NCBI GenBank assembly: GCA_964423555.1
Contig: CAYRFM010000136.1
Coordinates: 1 to 14,838 of the forward strand
Reading direction: 5' to 3'
DNA length: 14,838 nucleotides
Source: an uncultured Holophagae bacterium
GTDB taxonomy: Bacteria; Acidobacteriota; Holophagae; Acanthopleuribacterales; Acanthopleuribacteraceae
Each line of letters opens with the position of its first letter. The first letter of the stretch is position 1. A program made the position numbers and the translations under genes. The notes under the pieces are model-generated. The model was not told the DNA's origin and made no database searches. It saw only the letters and a list, made by a program, of their open reading frames with translations. This document shows positions 14,570 to 14,838 of the stretch, piece after piece.

Positions 14570-14838
14570 TGTGGCGCAACTTCCAAAGTTGCGCTGGTCG
14601 CAGTCACGACCAGTTCGCCAAACAGGGCGCAAGTCGCATCAGGTTTTGTAGCGCAAATTCCAAATTTGCGCCGTAGCAGTCACGACCAGCTTGCCAAACA
14701 GGGTGCAAGTCGCATTAGGGTTTGTAGCGCAAATTCCAAATTTGCGCCGTCGCAGTCACGATCTGCTTGCCAAACAGGGCGCAAGTCGCACCAAAGTTTG
14801 TAGCGCAAATTCCAAATTTGCGCCGTCGCAGTCACGAC
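14570..14838. repeat. 76-bp tandem repeat array (at least 3.5 copies, continuing beyond the window end), each unit carrying a 9-bp-stem hairpin
   Basis: Units start at ~14570, 14647, 14723 and 14799. Consensus: TGTAGCGCAAATTCCAAATTTGCGCCGTCGCAGTCACGACCAGCTTGCCAAACAGGGCGCAAGTCGCAYYARRGTT. The palindrome GCGCAAATT-CCA-AATTTGCGC appears in units 2-4. Unit 1 has GCGCAACTT-CCA-AAGTTGCGC, a compensatory double change that preserves pairing. Units are ~85-95% identical over their full length. Confidence 0.85.

Noticed and set aside
14570-14838. Considered calling the terminal repeat array a CRISPR array (a ~38-bp palindromic 'repeat' alternating with a ~38-bp 'spacer')
   Set aside because: The putative spacers are ~85-95% identical to each other, so the true period is a 76-bp unit. 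CRISPR spacers would be unique. No cas genes are in the window, and the palindrome spans most of the 'repeat', unlike most CRISPR repeats.

Overview
High-GC (~65%) bacterial chromosomal window, with no tRNA, rRNA or CRISPR detected. The + strand carries, in order: a cupin gene translationally coupled to a membrane/DUF393 (DCC thiol-disulfide oxidoreductase) fusion; a single 797-aa ORF that looks like a fused LptF-LptG (YjgP/YjgQ) LPS-export permease; and a three-gene cluster of NfeD/YqiJ-like membrane protein, a long SPFH/flotillin (YqiK-like) protein with 66-bp tandem repeats, and a ~1,790-aa protein ending in an AAA_5/MoxR-like ATPase domain. Between lptFG and that cluster lies a ~1.9-kb lower-GC islet. 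It contains a dense cluster of interleaved inverted and direct repeats, a C-terminal remnant of a YhcG/DUF1016 PD-(D/E)XK nuclease gene, and a convergent Rpn-family (DUF4351-type) nuclease/transposase-like gene. A ~40-bp imperfect direct repeat copies the last 11 codons of lptFG onto the end of the yhcG remnant, flanking the repeat-rich segment. The window ends in a 76-bp tandem repeat array that carries a hairpin with a compensatory substitution and runs off the edge. The flotillin/NfeD/giant-ATPase module is the best candidate for an undescribed system. All domain calls rest on recalled family motifs, not on searches.
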